From Escherichia phage a48: a stretch of DNA of 64,000 nucleotides. The notes under the pieces are model-generated. The model made no database searches and was not told where the DNA came from. It saw only the letters and a program-made list of their open reading frames with translations. The stretch is taken from the sequence record OQ067375.1; one strand, written 5' to 3'. The number at the start of each line of letters is the position of its first letter. Within the stretch, counting starts at the first letter, position 1. Below are positions 10,137 to 18,917 of this stretch, in pieces. Made by a program: the position numbers and the translations under genes.

Positions 10137-10336
10137 TAGCTAAACTTTTTGGCACCCTTCCAGCCTTCATACATCATTGCGGCTGATATTAATATTGCTC
10201 CTGAGCAACTTGAATATTTGTGATTCCAAAACCAGTTCAGAAAAACTTCGTCATCAATACCTTGGGCTATCATATTTTCAAAGAACTGACGACGAGCTTC
10301 GGCAATTCGCTGCGATAATTTAGATTCAGGATTCAT
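10136..10336 (-). CDS. small hypothetical protein
   Basis: 66 aa ORF with a CGAA-loop hairpin directly after its stop. Confidence 0.45.
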   Translation of the reverse strand: MNPESKLSQRIAEARRQFFENMIAQGIDDEVFLNWFWNHKYSSCSGAILISAAMMYEGWKGAKKFS

Positions 10337-10468
10337 TTAAATTTCCCAATTACCATTTTCATCAATAAATTTAATCCAGTCATTTACTGACCACTTAGTT
10401 GTATCGCCTTTTGGAGCAACATTTAAAGTATATAGCCCTTGCTTAAAAAGCATTCGTTTGATATTCAT
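10337..10468 (-). CDS. small hypothetical protein
   Basis: Trimmed to the internal ATG at 10466-10468, which is preceded by GAGGAAA; the longer track ORF would overlap the upstream gene. Confidence 0.3.
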   Translation of the reverse strand: MNIKRMLFKQGLYTLNVAPKGDTTKWSVNDWIKFIDENGNWEI

Positions 10469-10475
10469 ATTTTCC

Positions 10476-10769
10476 TCAGCTATAACGATAACACTCGTTT
10501 GATTTACGTTTAGCAACTCGTTGAGAAGTATTATAATCAAAATCATCGTCAATGTAAACTGATTTTTTCAACTTTCTTACTTCACCACGTAATTGACGAT
10601 TTAGCTCATCTTTAACTTCTGAATCAATGCCTTTCATTCTACGCCATTTATCTGAGCGAAAAATGTTTTCAACCATATCTTTATGACTTACACCATCAGG
10701 AGCTTTACGCTTTCCGAAATAGTCATAATCACGCACTTTTAAGTCTTTACGACGATACGTTTTACCCAT
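10476..10769 (-). CDS. basic hypothetical protein
   Basis: Trimmed to the ATG at 10767-10769; Lys/Arg-rich. Confidence 0.4.
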   Translation of the reverse strand: MGKTYRRKDLKVRDYDYFGKRKAPDGVSHKDMVENIFRSDKWRRMKGIDSEVKDELNRQLRGEVRKLKKSVYIDDDFDYNTSQRVAKRKSNECYRYS

Positions 10770-10944
10770 GGAGTTTAATTTCCTTAGCAATTGAACTAAA
10801 TACAGCACGGTCACAAATCATGTGTTTATGTAACTTAAGTATAAGATAATAAACATCATAACCATTTACGTAAGTAACGCGAACAGCATTACCATTAATA
10901 AGATAATACTGCCCCTTTTTAATTTCTTTATCAATCATAACCAT
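10762..10944 (-). CDS. small hypothetical protein
   Basis: 60 aa ORF just downstream of an early-type promoter. Confidence 0.4.
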   Translation of the reverse strand: MVMIDKEIKKGQYYLINGNAVRVTYVNGYDVYYLILKLHKHMICDRAVFSSIAKEIKLHG

Positions 10945-10974
10945 ATCAATTCCTCAAAGGCAATTCATGTGTTA

Positions 10975-11004
10975 ATAATACCACAGTTTGAGCTCGTTGT
11001 AAAC
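10975..11004 (-). promoter_or_regulatory. early sigma70-type promoter (-35 GTTTACA, -10 TATTAT)
   Basis: Read on the minus strand with a 17-bp spacer and A/T-rich upstream block; upstream of the ORF starting at 10944. Confidence 0.6.
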
Positions 11005-11085
11005 AACTTTGTGAAAAATATTTTAGGGAATGATAAGAAAGGAACGATAGCTTAGAATGGTAATATACAGAATGTGAGAAAGAAA

Positions 11086-11100
11086 GGCCCAGAGGGCCCG
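11086..11100 (-). other. stem-loop 3' of nrdH
   Basis: GGGCC-CUCU-GGGCC on the minus-strand RNA, directly after the nrdH stop. Confidence 0.45.
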
Positions 11101-11102
11101 TC

Positions 11103-11411
11103 TTAATCTTCTATGATATCTCTATCATATCCAAGTGAAATGAGAGTTTCTTTGAAGTGTTTAATGTTCTTTTGTCTAGAATCATTAATGAAAATGACTG
11201 GATAACGAATGTTAAGAGATGTGAATCCAGCTCGTTTAGCAAGAGATACAATCAGTGGACGATCATACTCAATCTTACCATTATTTGTAAGAACTTTATA
11301 GAAAGTAAAAGGAGCATTGAGCTCCTTTAGAAGTTTTGTAACTGATTGACATCCAGGACAACGACCTACTTCATCTGGAATTCCATAGACTTCAATCTTA
11401 TTTTGTTTCAC
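11103..11411 (-). CDS. nrdH: glutaredoxin-like protein NrdH
   Basis: 102 aa; CPGC redox motif; adjacent to nrdG/nrdD. Confidence 0.8.
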   Translation of the reverse strand: MKQNKIEVYGIPDEVGRCPGCQSVTKLLKELNAPFTFYKVLTNNGKIEYDRPLIVSLAKRAGFTSLNIRYPVIFINDSRQKNIKHFKETLISLGYDRDIIED

Positions 11412-11413
11412 AA

Positions 11414-11626
11414 CTATTCCTTACTAAGAGCAGCATTCAGCTTGTTAGTAATTTTATCCAGGCGCTCATTGAACTCACTGGAAGATAAGCCCTTTTCTGG
11501 AGAAATTAAACTAATCACGAAAAATATAGCAATAAAAGGAATAAGGAAAATAGCTCCAACTGCCATAAACAGAAAGAATGTTACAGTTGTAAGAAAATCA
11601 GCTAAACCTTTACGAAATTTATACAT
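11414..11626 (-). CDS. small membrane protein
   Basis: 70 aa with a central hydrophobic helix (FFLFMAVGAIFLIPFIAIFFVISLI). Confidence 0.5.
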   Translation of the reverse strand: MYKFRKGLADFLTTVTFFLFMAVGAIFLIPFIAIFFVISLISPEKGLSSSEFNERLDKITNKLNAALSKE

Positions 11627-11744
11627 TTACATTTACCTTTAATTGATTAACCAAGCATTGATAAGCACTAAACTATATTGGGAATAAAATTCTGGACCAA
11701 AATGAAAAATCATATCATTTATAGTATCCATAATGTAATTCAAT

Positions 11745-12215
11745 TTAATCATGTTTCCACACCCCATCGGTATTTGACCAAAGTCGCTGATTATCTGATC
11801 CTCGCCACAGCTTTTTAGTCGGAAGATTTTTCTCATACTTCCCATCAATAATAACATCAACATATTTAAGCATTTCTAGTTGTTTAATATCTTCAAACTT
11901 ATATCCTGTCCACAACCAAATGCTTTTATTGGGATAAAGATTTTTAATAGTTTGAACAATGCAATGAATAACATCTCGATTGTCAGGATAGAGAGGGTCT
12001 CCTCCAGTTATAGTCAATCCTTCTATATAATCATTATTCAAACATTCAATTAATTGTTCTAGTGTTTCACCAGTGAATGGAATACCATTTCTAGCATTCC
12101 ATGTTGATTTATTATAACACCCTTCACATTTATGCAAACAACCTGTAACGAAAAGAACGACCCTGCAACCAGGGCCATTAACAAAATCGCAAGGATAAAA
12201 TCTATCATAATTCAT
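11745..12215 (-). CDS. nrdG: anaerobic ribonucleotide reductase activating protein (radical SAM)
   Basis: 156 aa; Cys cluster CLHKCEGCYN; overlaps the nrdD stop by 4 nt. Confidence 0.88.
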   Translation of the reverse strand: MNYDRFYPCDFVNGPGCRVVLFVTGCLHKCEGCYNKSTWNARNGIPFTGETLEQLIECLNNDYIEGLTITGGDPLYPDNRDVIHCIVQTIKNLYPNKSIWLWTGYKFEDIKQLEMLKYVDVIIDGKYEKNLPTKKLWRGSDNQRLWSNTDGVWKHD

Positions 12216-14029
12216 TGGTGTTTAACCCTATGCATGATTTCTTTATTTTTACCGAGATTAAATCCGCGTTCGTTCGGATTTCCCAAATAACCACATGTTC
12301 TTCTTATGGTATTCATCTTTTTAGGATCAGTTTCTCCACAAATAGAACAAACAAATCCGTTTTCAGTAGGAGTCATTTCATGAGTACTTCCGCATGTAAA
12401 ACATTTATCTACTGGCATGTTAACGCCAAAATAATCTAAATGTTGTGCAGCATAATCCCATACGGCCTCAAGACCTTTTAAGTTATTTTTCATATCAGGA
12501 AGTTCAACATAAGAAATGTGACCACCTGTCGCAATGAAATGATATGGTGCTTCGCGGGAAATCTTTTCAAACGGAGTAATATTTTCTTCTACTGAAACAT
12601 GGAAACTGTTAGTGTACCAACCTTTATCGGTAACATCTTTTACACTTCCATATTTTTCTGTATCGAGTTTACAGAAGCGATAACAAAGGTTTTCAGCAGG
12701 AGTAGAATATAAACTAAAAGCGAATCCGGTTCTTTCAGTCCACTGTTTAAGATGAGCATTCATTTTAGTTAAAATTTCTCGTCCAATATCACGACCGACA
12801 AGAATATTCAATTCGTGAATACCAATGTATCCCAAAGACACTGAACTTCTACCGTTTTTAAATAACTCAATTATGTCGTCATCAGGTTTAAGACGAACCC
12901 CGAATGCACCTTCTTGGTAAAGAATAGGAGCAACAGTAGCTTTAACTCCTTTTAAGGAACTAATTCTACACATCAAAGCTTCAAAACACAAATCCATTCG
13001 TTCATTGAATAATTCAACAAATTTCTGTTCATTGAACTGTGTTCCAATATAAGAATCTAACGCGATGCGAGGAAGATTCAGTGTTACAACACCAAGATTA
13101 TTACGTCCATCAAGAATTTCATTACCAGTCGAATCTTTCCATACGCTCAAGAAACTACGGCAACCCATTGGAGAAACAGGAACAGATGAACCAGTGATAG
13201 CTTTATTGTTCTTAGCTGAAATAATATCAGGATACATCCTTTTGCTTGCACACTCTAGAGCAAGCTGCTTAATATCATAGTTCGGATCGTCTTTATAAAG
13301 ATTAACACCTTCTTCAACGAACATAACAAGCTTAGGGAAAATAGGAGTTATCCCATCACGACCAAGACCTTTAATACGATTTTTCAGAATTGCTTTCTGA
13401 ATCATTCGTTCAGTCCAGTCAGTTCCCGTACCAAATGTAATTGTTACAAAAGGCGTTTGTCCGTTTGAACTAAAGAGAGTATTTACTTCATATTCATAAG
13501 CTTGGAATGCATCGTATACGTCTTTTTCTGTTTTAGATTGAGCATAATTTAACGCATCAGCGATTTGCCATTTTTCTGCATCCTCAATATGTTTTGCATA
13601 GGTGCGTTTAACATAAGGAGAAAGTACTTTATCTACATTAGCAAAAGTCGTTCCGCCGTATTGGTGAGAAGCAACCTGTGCAGTAATTTGTGCCATAATT
13701 GCAGTAGCAACGCCAATTGATTTAGGAGTTTCAATCTGCGCATTACCTAGCTTAAATCCGTTCTCAAGCATTCCTTTTAAATCTACTAAACAGCAATTAG
13801 TAAATGGAAGAGCAGGGGAATAATCAATATCGTGGAAATGGATAATTCCGCTTTCATGCGCTTTCATAATAAAAGACGGGACCATATTTTTGGCAATGTG
13901 TTTAGACACAATACCAGCCATAAGGTCCCGTTGAGTTGGAAAAACACGAGAATCTTTATTAGCATTCTCGTTTAAAAGGTCTTTATTAGTTTTATGAATC
14001 AATCCTTCAATTTCTTTTTCAATTGTCAT
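12212..14029 (-). CDS. nrdD: anaerobic ribonucleoside-triphosphate reductase (glycyl radical enzyme), uninterrupted
   Basis: 605 aa continuous ORF; C-terminal Cys cluster and glycyl-radical region; no intron interruption. Confidence 0.92.
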   Translation of the reverse strand: MTIEKEIEGLIHKTNKDLLNENANKDSRVFPTQRDLMAGIVSKHIAKNMVPSFIMKAHESGIIHFHDIDYSPALPFTNCCLVDLKGMLENGFKLGNAQIETPKSIGVATAIMAQITAQVASHQYGGTTFANVDKVLSPYVKRTYAKHIEDAEKWQIADALNYAQSKTEKDVYDAFQAYEYEVNTLFSSNGQTPFVTITFGTGTDWTERMIQKAILKNRIKGLGRDGITPIFPKLVMFVEEGVNLYKDDPNYDIKQLALECASKRMYPDIISAKNNKAITGSSVPVSPMGCRSFLSVWKDSTGNEILDGRNNLGVVTLNLPRIALDSYIGTQFNEQKFVELFNERMDLCFEALMCRISSLKGVKATVAPILYQEGAFGVRLKPDDDIIELFKNGRSSVSLGYIGIHELNILVGRDIGREILTKMNAHLKQWTERTGFAFSLYSTPAENLCYRFCKLDTEKYGSVKDVTDKGWYTNSFHVSVEENITPFEKISREAPYHFIATGGHISYVELPDMKNNLKGLEAVWDYAAQHLDYFGVNMPVDKCFTCGSTHEMTPTENGFVCSICGETDPKKMNTIRRTCGYLGNPNERGFNLGKNKEIMHRVKHQ

Positions 14030-14499
14030 TTTAAACTCTTTCTAAGCTGCTTCTTAAATGAAGCTATTAACTGTGTTTTGGTGTCAGATTCATTATATTC
14101 AAATCCTCTTTGAAGCATCTCGGCCATCATTTCCTCTTTTCCTAAACGAGAAAATTCCTTTGATTTATCTCCAACAAAGTTAGGGTGAATATTATTTTGG
14201 GTGTAATCGGATTTTAAATAAGTAAGTAAATTTTCTAACCATTCAAGATAATCAACACCTTGACCCTTTAAGCCAGAACGATTAAATTTGTGCTTCATTT
14301 GACCTTCTGCAGCATTGCAGAGATTACAAAGCAATCCACGTACCTTTCCTGCTTTTAGTCCATTTAATTCATGGTCATGATCGAGGTGATTAGATTGAAC
14401 ATCAGGATTTAATTCTCGTTGGCAAATTAAGCATTTACCGTTTTGTGCATCATAAAATTTCTGTTTTTCTTCTTTGTATAATTTGCCAGTCAATAACAT
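14026..14499 (-). CDS. 49: endonuclease VII (Holliday junction resolvase) gp49
   Basis: 157 aa; zinc-binding CxxC...HLDHDH...CNLC motifs. Confidence 0.9.
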   Translation of the reverse strand: MLLTGKLYKEEKQKFYDAQNGKCLICQRELNPDVQSNHLDHDHELNGLKAGKVRGLLCNLCNAAEGQMKHKFNRSGLKGQGVDYLEWLENLLTYLKSDYTQNNIHPNFVGDKSKEFSRLGKEEMMAEMLQRGFEYNESDTKTQLIASFKKQLRKSLK

Positions 14500-14539
14500 A
14501 ATAAAACCCTTACCTTAAATAGATAAGGGTATTTATTAT

Positions 14540-14716
14540 TTAAGTATTGTAAAACATTCGATGCAATCGTTTATACTGTCGAATCATCTTTTTAGTAGGA
14601 CGAGAATAGGTTCCTACGCAAGTGGTCATATGAGGGTCCGTAGAATGTCCTTTAATAAAAAGTTTCCAAACCTTACCGCCATTTAACTTTTCAGTATAAA
14701 CCAATTCGGTTTTCAT
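14540..14716 (-). CDS. 58-aa ORF whose C-terminus is encoded by a duplicated segment
   Basis: Hand-translated MKTELVYTEKLNGGKVWKLF...KKMIRQYKRLHRMFYNT; its last ~15 codons are a copy of the pin 3' end. Confidence 0.3.
   Translation of the reverse strand: MKTELVYTEKLNGGKVWKLFIKGHSTDPHMTTCVGTYSRPTKKMIRQYKRLHRMFYNT
14542..14588. repeat. direct repeat copy 1 (~46 bp) of the pin 3' end
   Basis: aagtattgtaaaacattcgatgcaatcgtttatactgtcgaatcat recurs at 14757-14803 with 4 mismatches. Confidence 0.7.
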
Positions 14717-14752
14717 TAAAATGTCCTGTCAGAAAAAGAATTTTGAGTTTTT

Positions 14753-15238
14753 TCAAGTATTGTAAAACATTTGATGCAATCGCTTATATTGCCGAATCAT
14801 TTGGTCAGAAAAAGAAATTTGAGTTTCAAGCCATTCAATGTACTCTGCGGCAGCTTGCATTAAATTTCCTTCATAACCATCGTTATTTTCTTGTGCAGCT
14901 AATTTAGCTAATGCGTATGAAATACGTTCACCCTGAAATCCAGCTTTAGGTTTATGAATAACTTGATCAACTCGTTCTACGACCTCTTCAATTTCGCCAT
15001 TTTCTACTGATTCAGTATTCCACAAGCACCAATACGTAATTGGCTTATCGTAGATGTTAATAATCTTTCCATCAGAAAGTTCAATTTCAATAATTCCAGT
15101 ATCAGGTTCTATATCATCTTCGCATTCTTTTGCAAGTTCACGAACTTTAAAGACAGTACCTGCACTAAGTTCCGGCCAGTAATTACACAGCCCTTTATCA
15201 GCACGATTAATTCTAAACCACTTATCTACTGCAATCAT
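14753..15238 (-). CDS. pin: Pin-like protein (protease inhibitor position)
   Basis: 161 aa from the ATG at 15236-15238 (MIAVDKWF...); position between 49 and nrdC as in T4. Confidence 0.55.
   Translation of the reverse strand: MIAVDKWFRINRADKGLCNYWPELSAGTVFKVRELAKECEDDIEPDTGIIEIELSDGKIINIYDKPITYWCLWNTESVENGEIEEVVERVDQVIHKPKAGFQGERISYALAKLAAQENNDGYEGNLMQAAAEYIEWLETQISFSDQMIRQYKRLHQMFYNT
14757..14803. repeat. direct repeat copy 2 (pin C-terminal coding)
   Basis: Copy of 14542-14588; flanked on both sides by a second repeat unit cagaaaaagaa(t/a)tttgagttt at 14729-14751 and 14805-14827. Confidence 0.7.
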
Positions 15239-15361
15239 ATCCCATCTCCATATCAATTAAGTCATTTATCGTCGGTTCATTATATACTGTTTCTTCATCA
15301 GTGTAAACCGGTTCTTCCGGCTCTGGCTCTACAGTTTCCCATCTAGCCGCCCACCAAGGTT

Positions 15362-15682
15362 TTATAGCGTAATCCATTCTCGTACTGTCTGAGTTACTAC
15401 ACGTTCACGGGGCTCGACTAGTTCAACAGTCGGAACTGCATAATACCAGTCAGAATGATAAGAACCTGAGCGAGATTCATTTACAGCCACATGTACATTA
15501 TGTTTTGGACTAAAATAAACACACTGACGATATTGGCATTTACCATCTTGCACCCAGTCTTCTATTTCGACAGGTTTAAGATAATCGGAAAAATCGAAAT
15601 CATAGTTTTCCGAAAATGCATCATGGTCTTCAATGATTTCGCTCAGAACTGCATCAACATCTAATTTATTTTCAATAGTCAT
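15362..15682 (-). CDS. hypothetical protein (49.x)
   Basis: 106 aa acidic ORF. Confidence 0.5.
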   Translation of the reverse strand: MTIENKLDVDAVLSEIIEDHDAFSENYDFDFSDYLKPVEIEDWVQDGKCQYRQCVYFSPKHNVHVAVNESRSGSYHSDWYYAVPTVELVEPRERVVTQTVREWITL

Positions 15683-15692
15683 TTTTCACCAA

Positions 15693-15863
15693 TTAATTTC
15701 GCAATTTATTAAGTTCTTCATCATCAATCCAGGATTCTAGTCCTGATGGCAGGTCACATTCAATTTCCCAAAGAAGTTCTTCAATTTTCTGAAGACGATC
15801 TAGTTCTTCGGCTGGAATAGTAACCATTGACGAAGCTCGTGATACATTAATATCGTAAATCAT
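15693..15863 (-). CDS. small hypothetical protein
   Basis: 55-aa hand-found ORF MIYDINVSRASSMVTIPAEELDRLQKIEEL... Confidence 0.3.
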   Translation of the reverse strand: MIYDINVSRASSMVTIPAEELDRLQKIEELLWEIECDLPSGLESWIDDEELNKLRN

Positions 15864-15865
15864 AT

Positions 15866-16081
15866 TTACCCCAATTTAACCATACAATCGCCGTATTTCC
15901 ACTTAGAAATAGACTTTTCACCATTAGAATAATAAACTTCGAGTTTAGCACGATTATTTTTAATTTGAATAACCTTGGCTGTCATCAAAGTTCCATACCC
16001 ATAATAAACTGCAACTTCATCACCTACATATACCGCGCTTCCGCGGTAATCATGAATATAGTCAGTTCCTTCGAGCATCAT
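15866..16081 (-). CDS. small hypothetical protein
   Basis: 71 aa ORF overlapping the nrdC stop by 4 nt. Confidence 0.5.
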   Translation of the reverse strand: MMLEGTDYIHDYRGSAVYVGDEVAVYYGYGTLMTAKVIQIKNNRAKLEVYYSNGEKSISKWKYGDCMVKLG

Positions 16082-16341
16082 TTAAAATATTCTCGCAGTT
16101 GGTCAAATCCACCAATATGACTTCCATCAGGAGCAAATACCTGGGGCATTGTCAAGCCGATTTGAGTATCACGACCTAGTTTAGTCAGAAGCTCAGCGAT
16201 TTTCTCATCATCAAAAACACCTTTTTCCGGCATAATGTTGATAAATTCAAACGGCTGTTTCTTCACGGTCAAAAGACGTTTTGCATTATCGCAATACACA
16301 CATTTATGAATGTTGCTATCATAACCATATACTTTAAACAT
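16078..16341 (-). CDS. nrdC: thioredoxin/glutaredoxin NrdC
   Basis: 87 aa; CVYC active site; matches T4 thioredoxin as recalled. Confidence 0.88.
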   Translation of the reverse strand: MFKVYGYDSNIHKCVYCDNAKRLLTVKKQPFEFINIMPEKGVFDDEKIAELLTKLGRDTQIGLTMPQVFAPDGSHIGGFDQLREYFK

Positions 16342-16342
16342 A

Positions 16343-16585
16343 TTATTCCTTAATTCCTAGTACTTGTTTAAAAGTCTCGTCGTAATCAAGACTTTGGCCC
16401 GTTTGTTCTTTATGTTTGTATATAATATCACTTACTTCTGATAGCATATTTTTATATGAACGAGTTAAAGCAGATTTAAGCACGCTGTATCTATCAGGAA
16501 ATTTACCATGTTCATTATAATAAGCTATTGCTAATTCACGGACTGCCTTTTCAGCAGCCTCCATATATTCTTTACGCTTGGTCAT
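16343..16585 (-). CDS. hypothetical protein (nrdC.x)
   Basis: Trimmed to the ATG at 16583-16585 ([13 protein letters not shown]...); the longer track ORF overlaps the upstream gene. Confidence 0.4.
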   Translation of the reverse strand: MTKRKEYMEAAEKAVRELAIAYYNEHGKFPDRYSVLKSALTRSYKNMLSEVSDIIYKHKEQTGQSLDYDETFKQVLGIKE

Positions 16586-16886
16586 TTTCTTCTCGGTCAA
16601 ATCGGTGTTTACAATGACGACATTTATAACGAAGATTACTAGTCTGCCAATGGACCAATTGCACCTGTTCAGTTCCACATTCAGGGCAATTAGGAACGTT
16701 TTTAGAAGCCCTTTCACGACGTTCAACCATGACCATTACAGAATCCCAATTAACAGGAGGGCTATAATCATCACAACCATGAATCTTTCCACGCATTTCC
16801 AGATCGTCTTCTTCACCAGCCATAATAATTTTAATTACACTAGAATTACTTGAAGCTGCAATGTCTTCTAATAGACGATTTTTCAT
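16572..16886 (-). CDS. zinc-ribbon-like small protein
   Basis: 104 aa; CPECG...CRHCKH four-Cys arrangement. Confidence 0.5.
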   Translation of the reverse strand: MKNRLLEDIAASSNSSVIKIIMAGEEDDLEMRGKIHGCDDYSPPVNWDSVMVMVERRERASKNVPNCPECGTEQVQLVHWQTSNLRYKCRHCKHRFDREENDQA

Positions 16887-17809
16887 TTCAATACCTCAAT
16901 AGCATTGCGTAAACCATTTGCTTTGGCGGTTAAAGCCTTAAGAACTTTAGTATGCTCTTCAATTTGTTTTTCAACTTCAATCAAACGAGCATTGAGATAT
17001 TCGCGTTCTTCTTTCATAGTATCATTCCCATGATTGGATTTTGGTGTAGGTTTAAATTCACTAGGGTCCTTTAATTTAATAACAAATTTAGTTTCAAACA
17101 GCGAAAGACCATAATTCGTATTATCATCAAAGGATTTGACTACATCCATATCAGATAATAACACGCGTAAATTATAAGCCAAAGAACTAATAGTTTCATT
17201 GTGTTTATTAGCTTCGCGTGGTTTCATATACGGAAGATTTTTATATATCTCGTGCGGAGCACAAATGATAATTGACAATTCAAATTGCCCATTCTGGGAC
17301 GATGGAGTGAATTTAGCCGTAACCCAGTCTTTTACATTCACATTAATAGTACGGTTATCACCATGACAAAACAGTCTACGAGAATGCTTAAAAAGCATAT
17401 TCACGTTATTATTGAATTCGTGTGAAAATTCACTAGCAAATTTTTCTTTACTATCTTTAGAAAACCATTCTTCTAAATAAGTTCTTTTCACGTCGTTAAT
17501 AATATTAAATGTAACAACACTAGCATTTGATACATTAGTCTCAATGTAGCTTGGATACATAAATTTTTTAACATTATTAACAGCTATCACAGAAGATAGT
17601 AATCGGGAACGTTTGAACCACTCGAGCAAAGAACCAAGAGAATGTGAATACGCATTTTGTGTATCTTTACAAATATGGTTTTCCCATCCAATATAGTCTA
17701 AAAAATCACGAAGAATATTATTGATTACTGCTCTGTGTCCTATCTGATAATTACGATGTTTAGTAATAAGACTGTCAAAATAATCAATATAATGTTTACG
17801 AGTTTTCAT
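16883..17809 (-). CDS. paralog family member A (C-terminal coiled coil)
   Basis: 308 aa; N-terminus MKTRK...; C-terminal heptad-rich tail; similar to the three neighbouring ORFs. Confidence 0.6.
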   Translation of the reverse strand: MKTRKHYIDYFDSLITKHRNYQIGHRAVINNILRDFLDYIGWENHICKDTQNAYSHSLGSLLEWFKRSRLLSSVIAVNNVKKFMYPSYIETNVSNASVVTFNIINDVKRTYLEEWFSKDSKEKFASEFSHEFNNNVNMLFKHSRRLFCHGDNRTINVNVKDWVTAKFTPSSQNGQFELSIIICAPHEIYKNLPYMKPREANKHNETISSLAYNLRVLLSDMDVVKSFDDNTNYGLSLFETKFVIKLKDPSEFKPTPKSNHGNDTMKEEREYLNARLIEVEKQIEEHTKVLKALTAKANGLRNAIEVLK

Positions 17810-17861
17810 GTTCTTCTCACTTGGTTAATGATTTATACTCCGAGCCATCCTTGGCTTTAAA

Positions 17862-18859
17862 TTACTTAATTAACTGTAAAGCTTGTTCCAGACGATCAAG
17901 ACGATTAACAGATTCTTCCCAAATCCTTTTAGCCTGCTCATATTCTTTCTGCGCTTTATTAGAAATTTCTAGAACTTCTTTATAAGCTTTTTCTAGTGCA
18001 ATAACTTCTGGACGAATTTCTATCGGTTCAGGTGAATCATCAAGACATTCCATTAGTTCCTCAAGGGTAGTTTCTTCTTTAGGAGTATTCACAATTTCAT
18101 CACATTTTTGTTGGTAAATTTCTTTATCAGTAGGTGAATAAGCACATTTCACTTCACGAAGGCTAATTACGAGTTTATATCCTTCCCAACCGCATATATT
18201 CTTAAAAGGATATGTATGAATATTTTCTACTGTTTCCATACAAAGTAATGCGGTCTCTAATTGACGAGTTATAGTGCTAGCAATTGAGAAAAATTTATTA
18301 ATATTCTTTTGGTTAGTTTCTGGTGTAAAAAATCTGTAATTAATAAAAATAGCTACTTTGTTTTTATCAAGCTCATATTCTTCTGCTATAATCATATCAT
18401 CAGCTAAGGGATGAATTGTACGATAATCACCATAACATAATTTAGAAGCTGATTTTAGAATTTGCTTCGTAAAACTCCTAAATTCACTAACCCAACGACG
18501 AGTAAAAATATTCTCAGGGTCTTCTTTAGTATTAAGATGATAAGTATTAACATCACCGAACCAATTGTATCCTACTACATCTTTAGTTCGTTTAATTTCT
18601 TTCCCAAATTTACCAAGAATATCTTGATTAACTAAATATGAAAGAAGACGAGACCCTTTAAAGGTTTTCTTAATATCATCTTTATCCGTGCGGCTAGAAA
18701 TTTCATGAGCTTCATGAATAAATTTACTGGAAGAAACAATACTTACATCAATATTATTGAGCCATTGATAATAGAAATAACATCGTTCTGACTAGACACA
18801 GGTTTAACTTTATCATCAATAACGCTATTGAATGATTTGATATATTCGTTACGAGTCAT
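17862..18859 (-). pseudogene. paralog family member B, interrupted by a frameshift
   Basis: ATG 18857-18859 opens a 38-codon frame ending at 18743-18745; a second frame is open 17862-18791 but has no ATG until 18395; joining them requires a -1 shift within 18746-18791. Confidence 0.5.
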
Positions 18860-18887
18860 AATAATCTCCTCAGTAGAAAGTAAGAAC

Positions 18888-18917
18888 ATTATACCACATC
18901 CTTGTGGCAAAGTAAAC
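18888..18917 (-). promoter_or_regulatory. early sigma70-type promoter (-35 GTTTACT, -10 TATAAT)
   Basis: 17-bp spacer contains the palindrome CCACAAGGATGTGG; upstream of the ATG at 18859. Confidence 0.6.

Noticed and set aside
12212-14029. Possible group I intron in nrdD
   Set aside because: The reading frame is continuous for 605 codons with conserved N- and C-terminal regions, so there is no evidence of an interruption.
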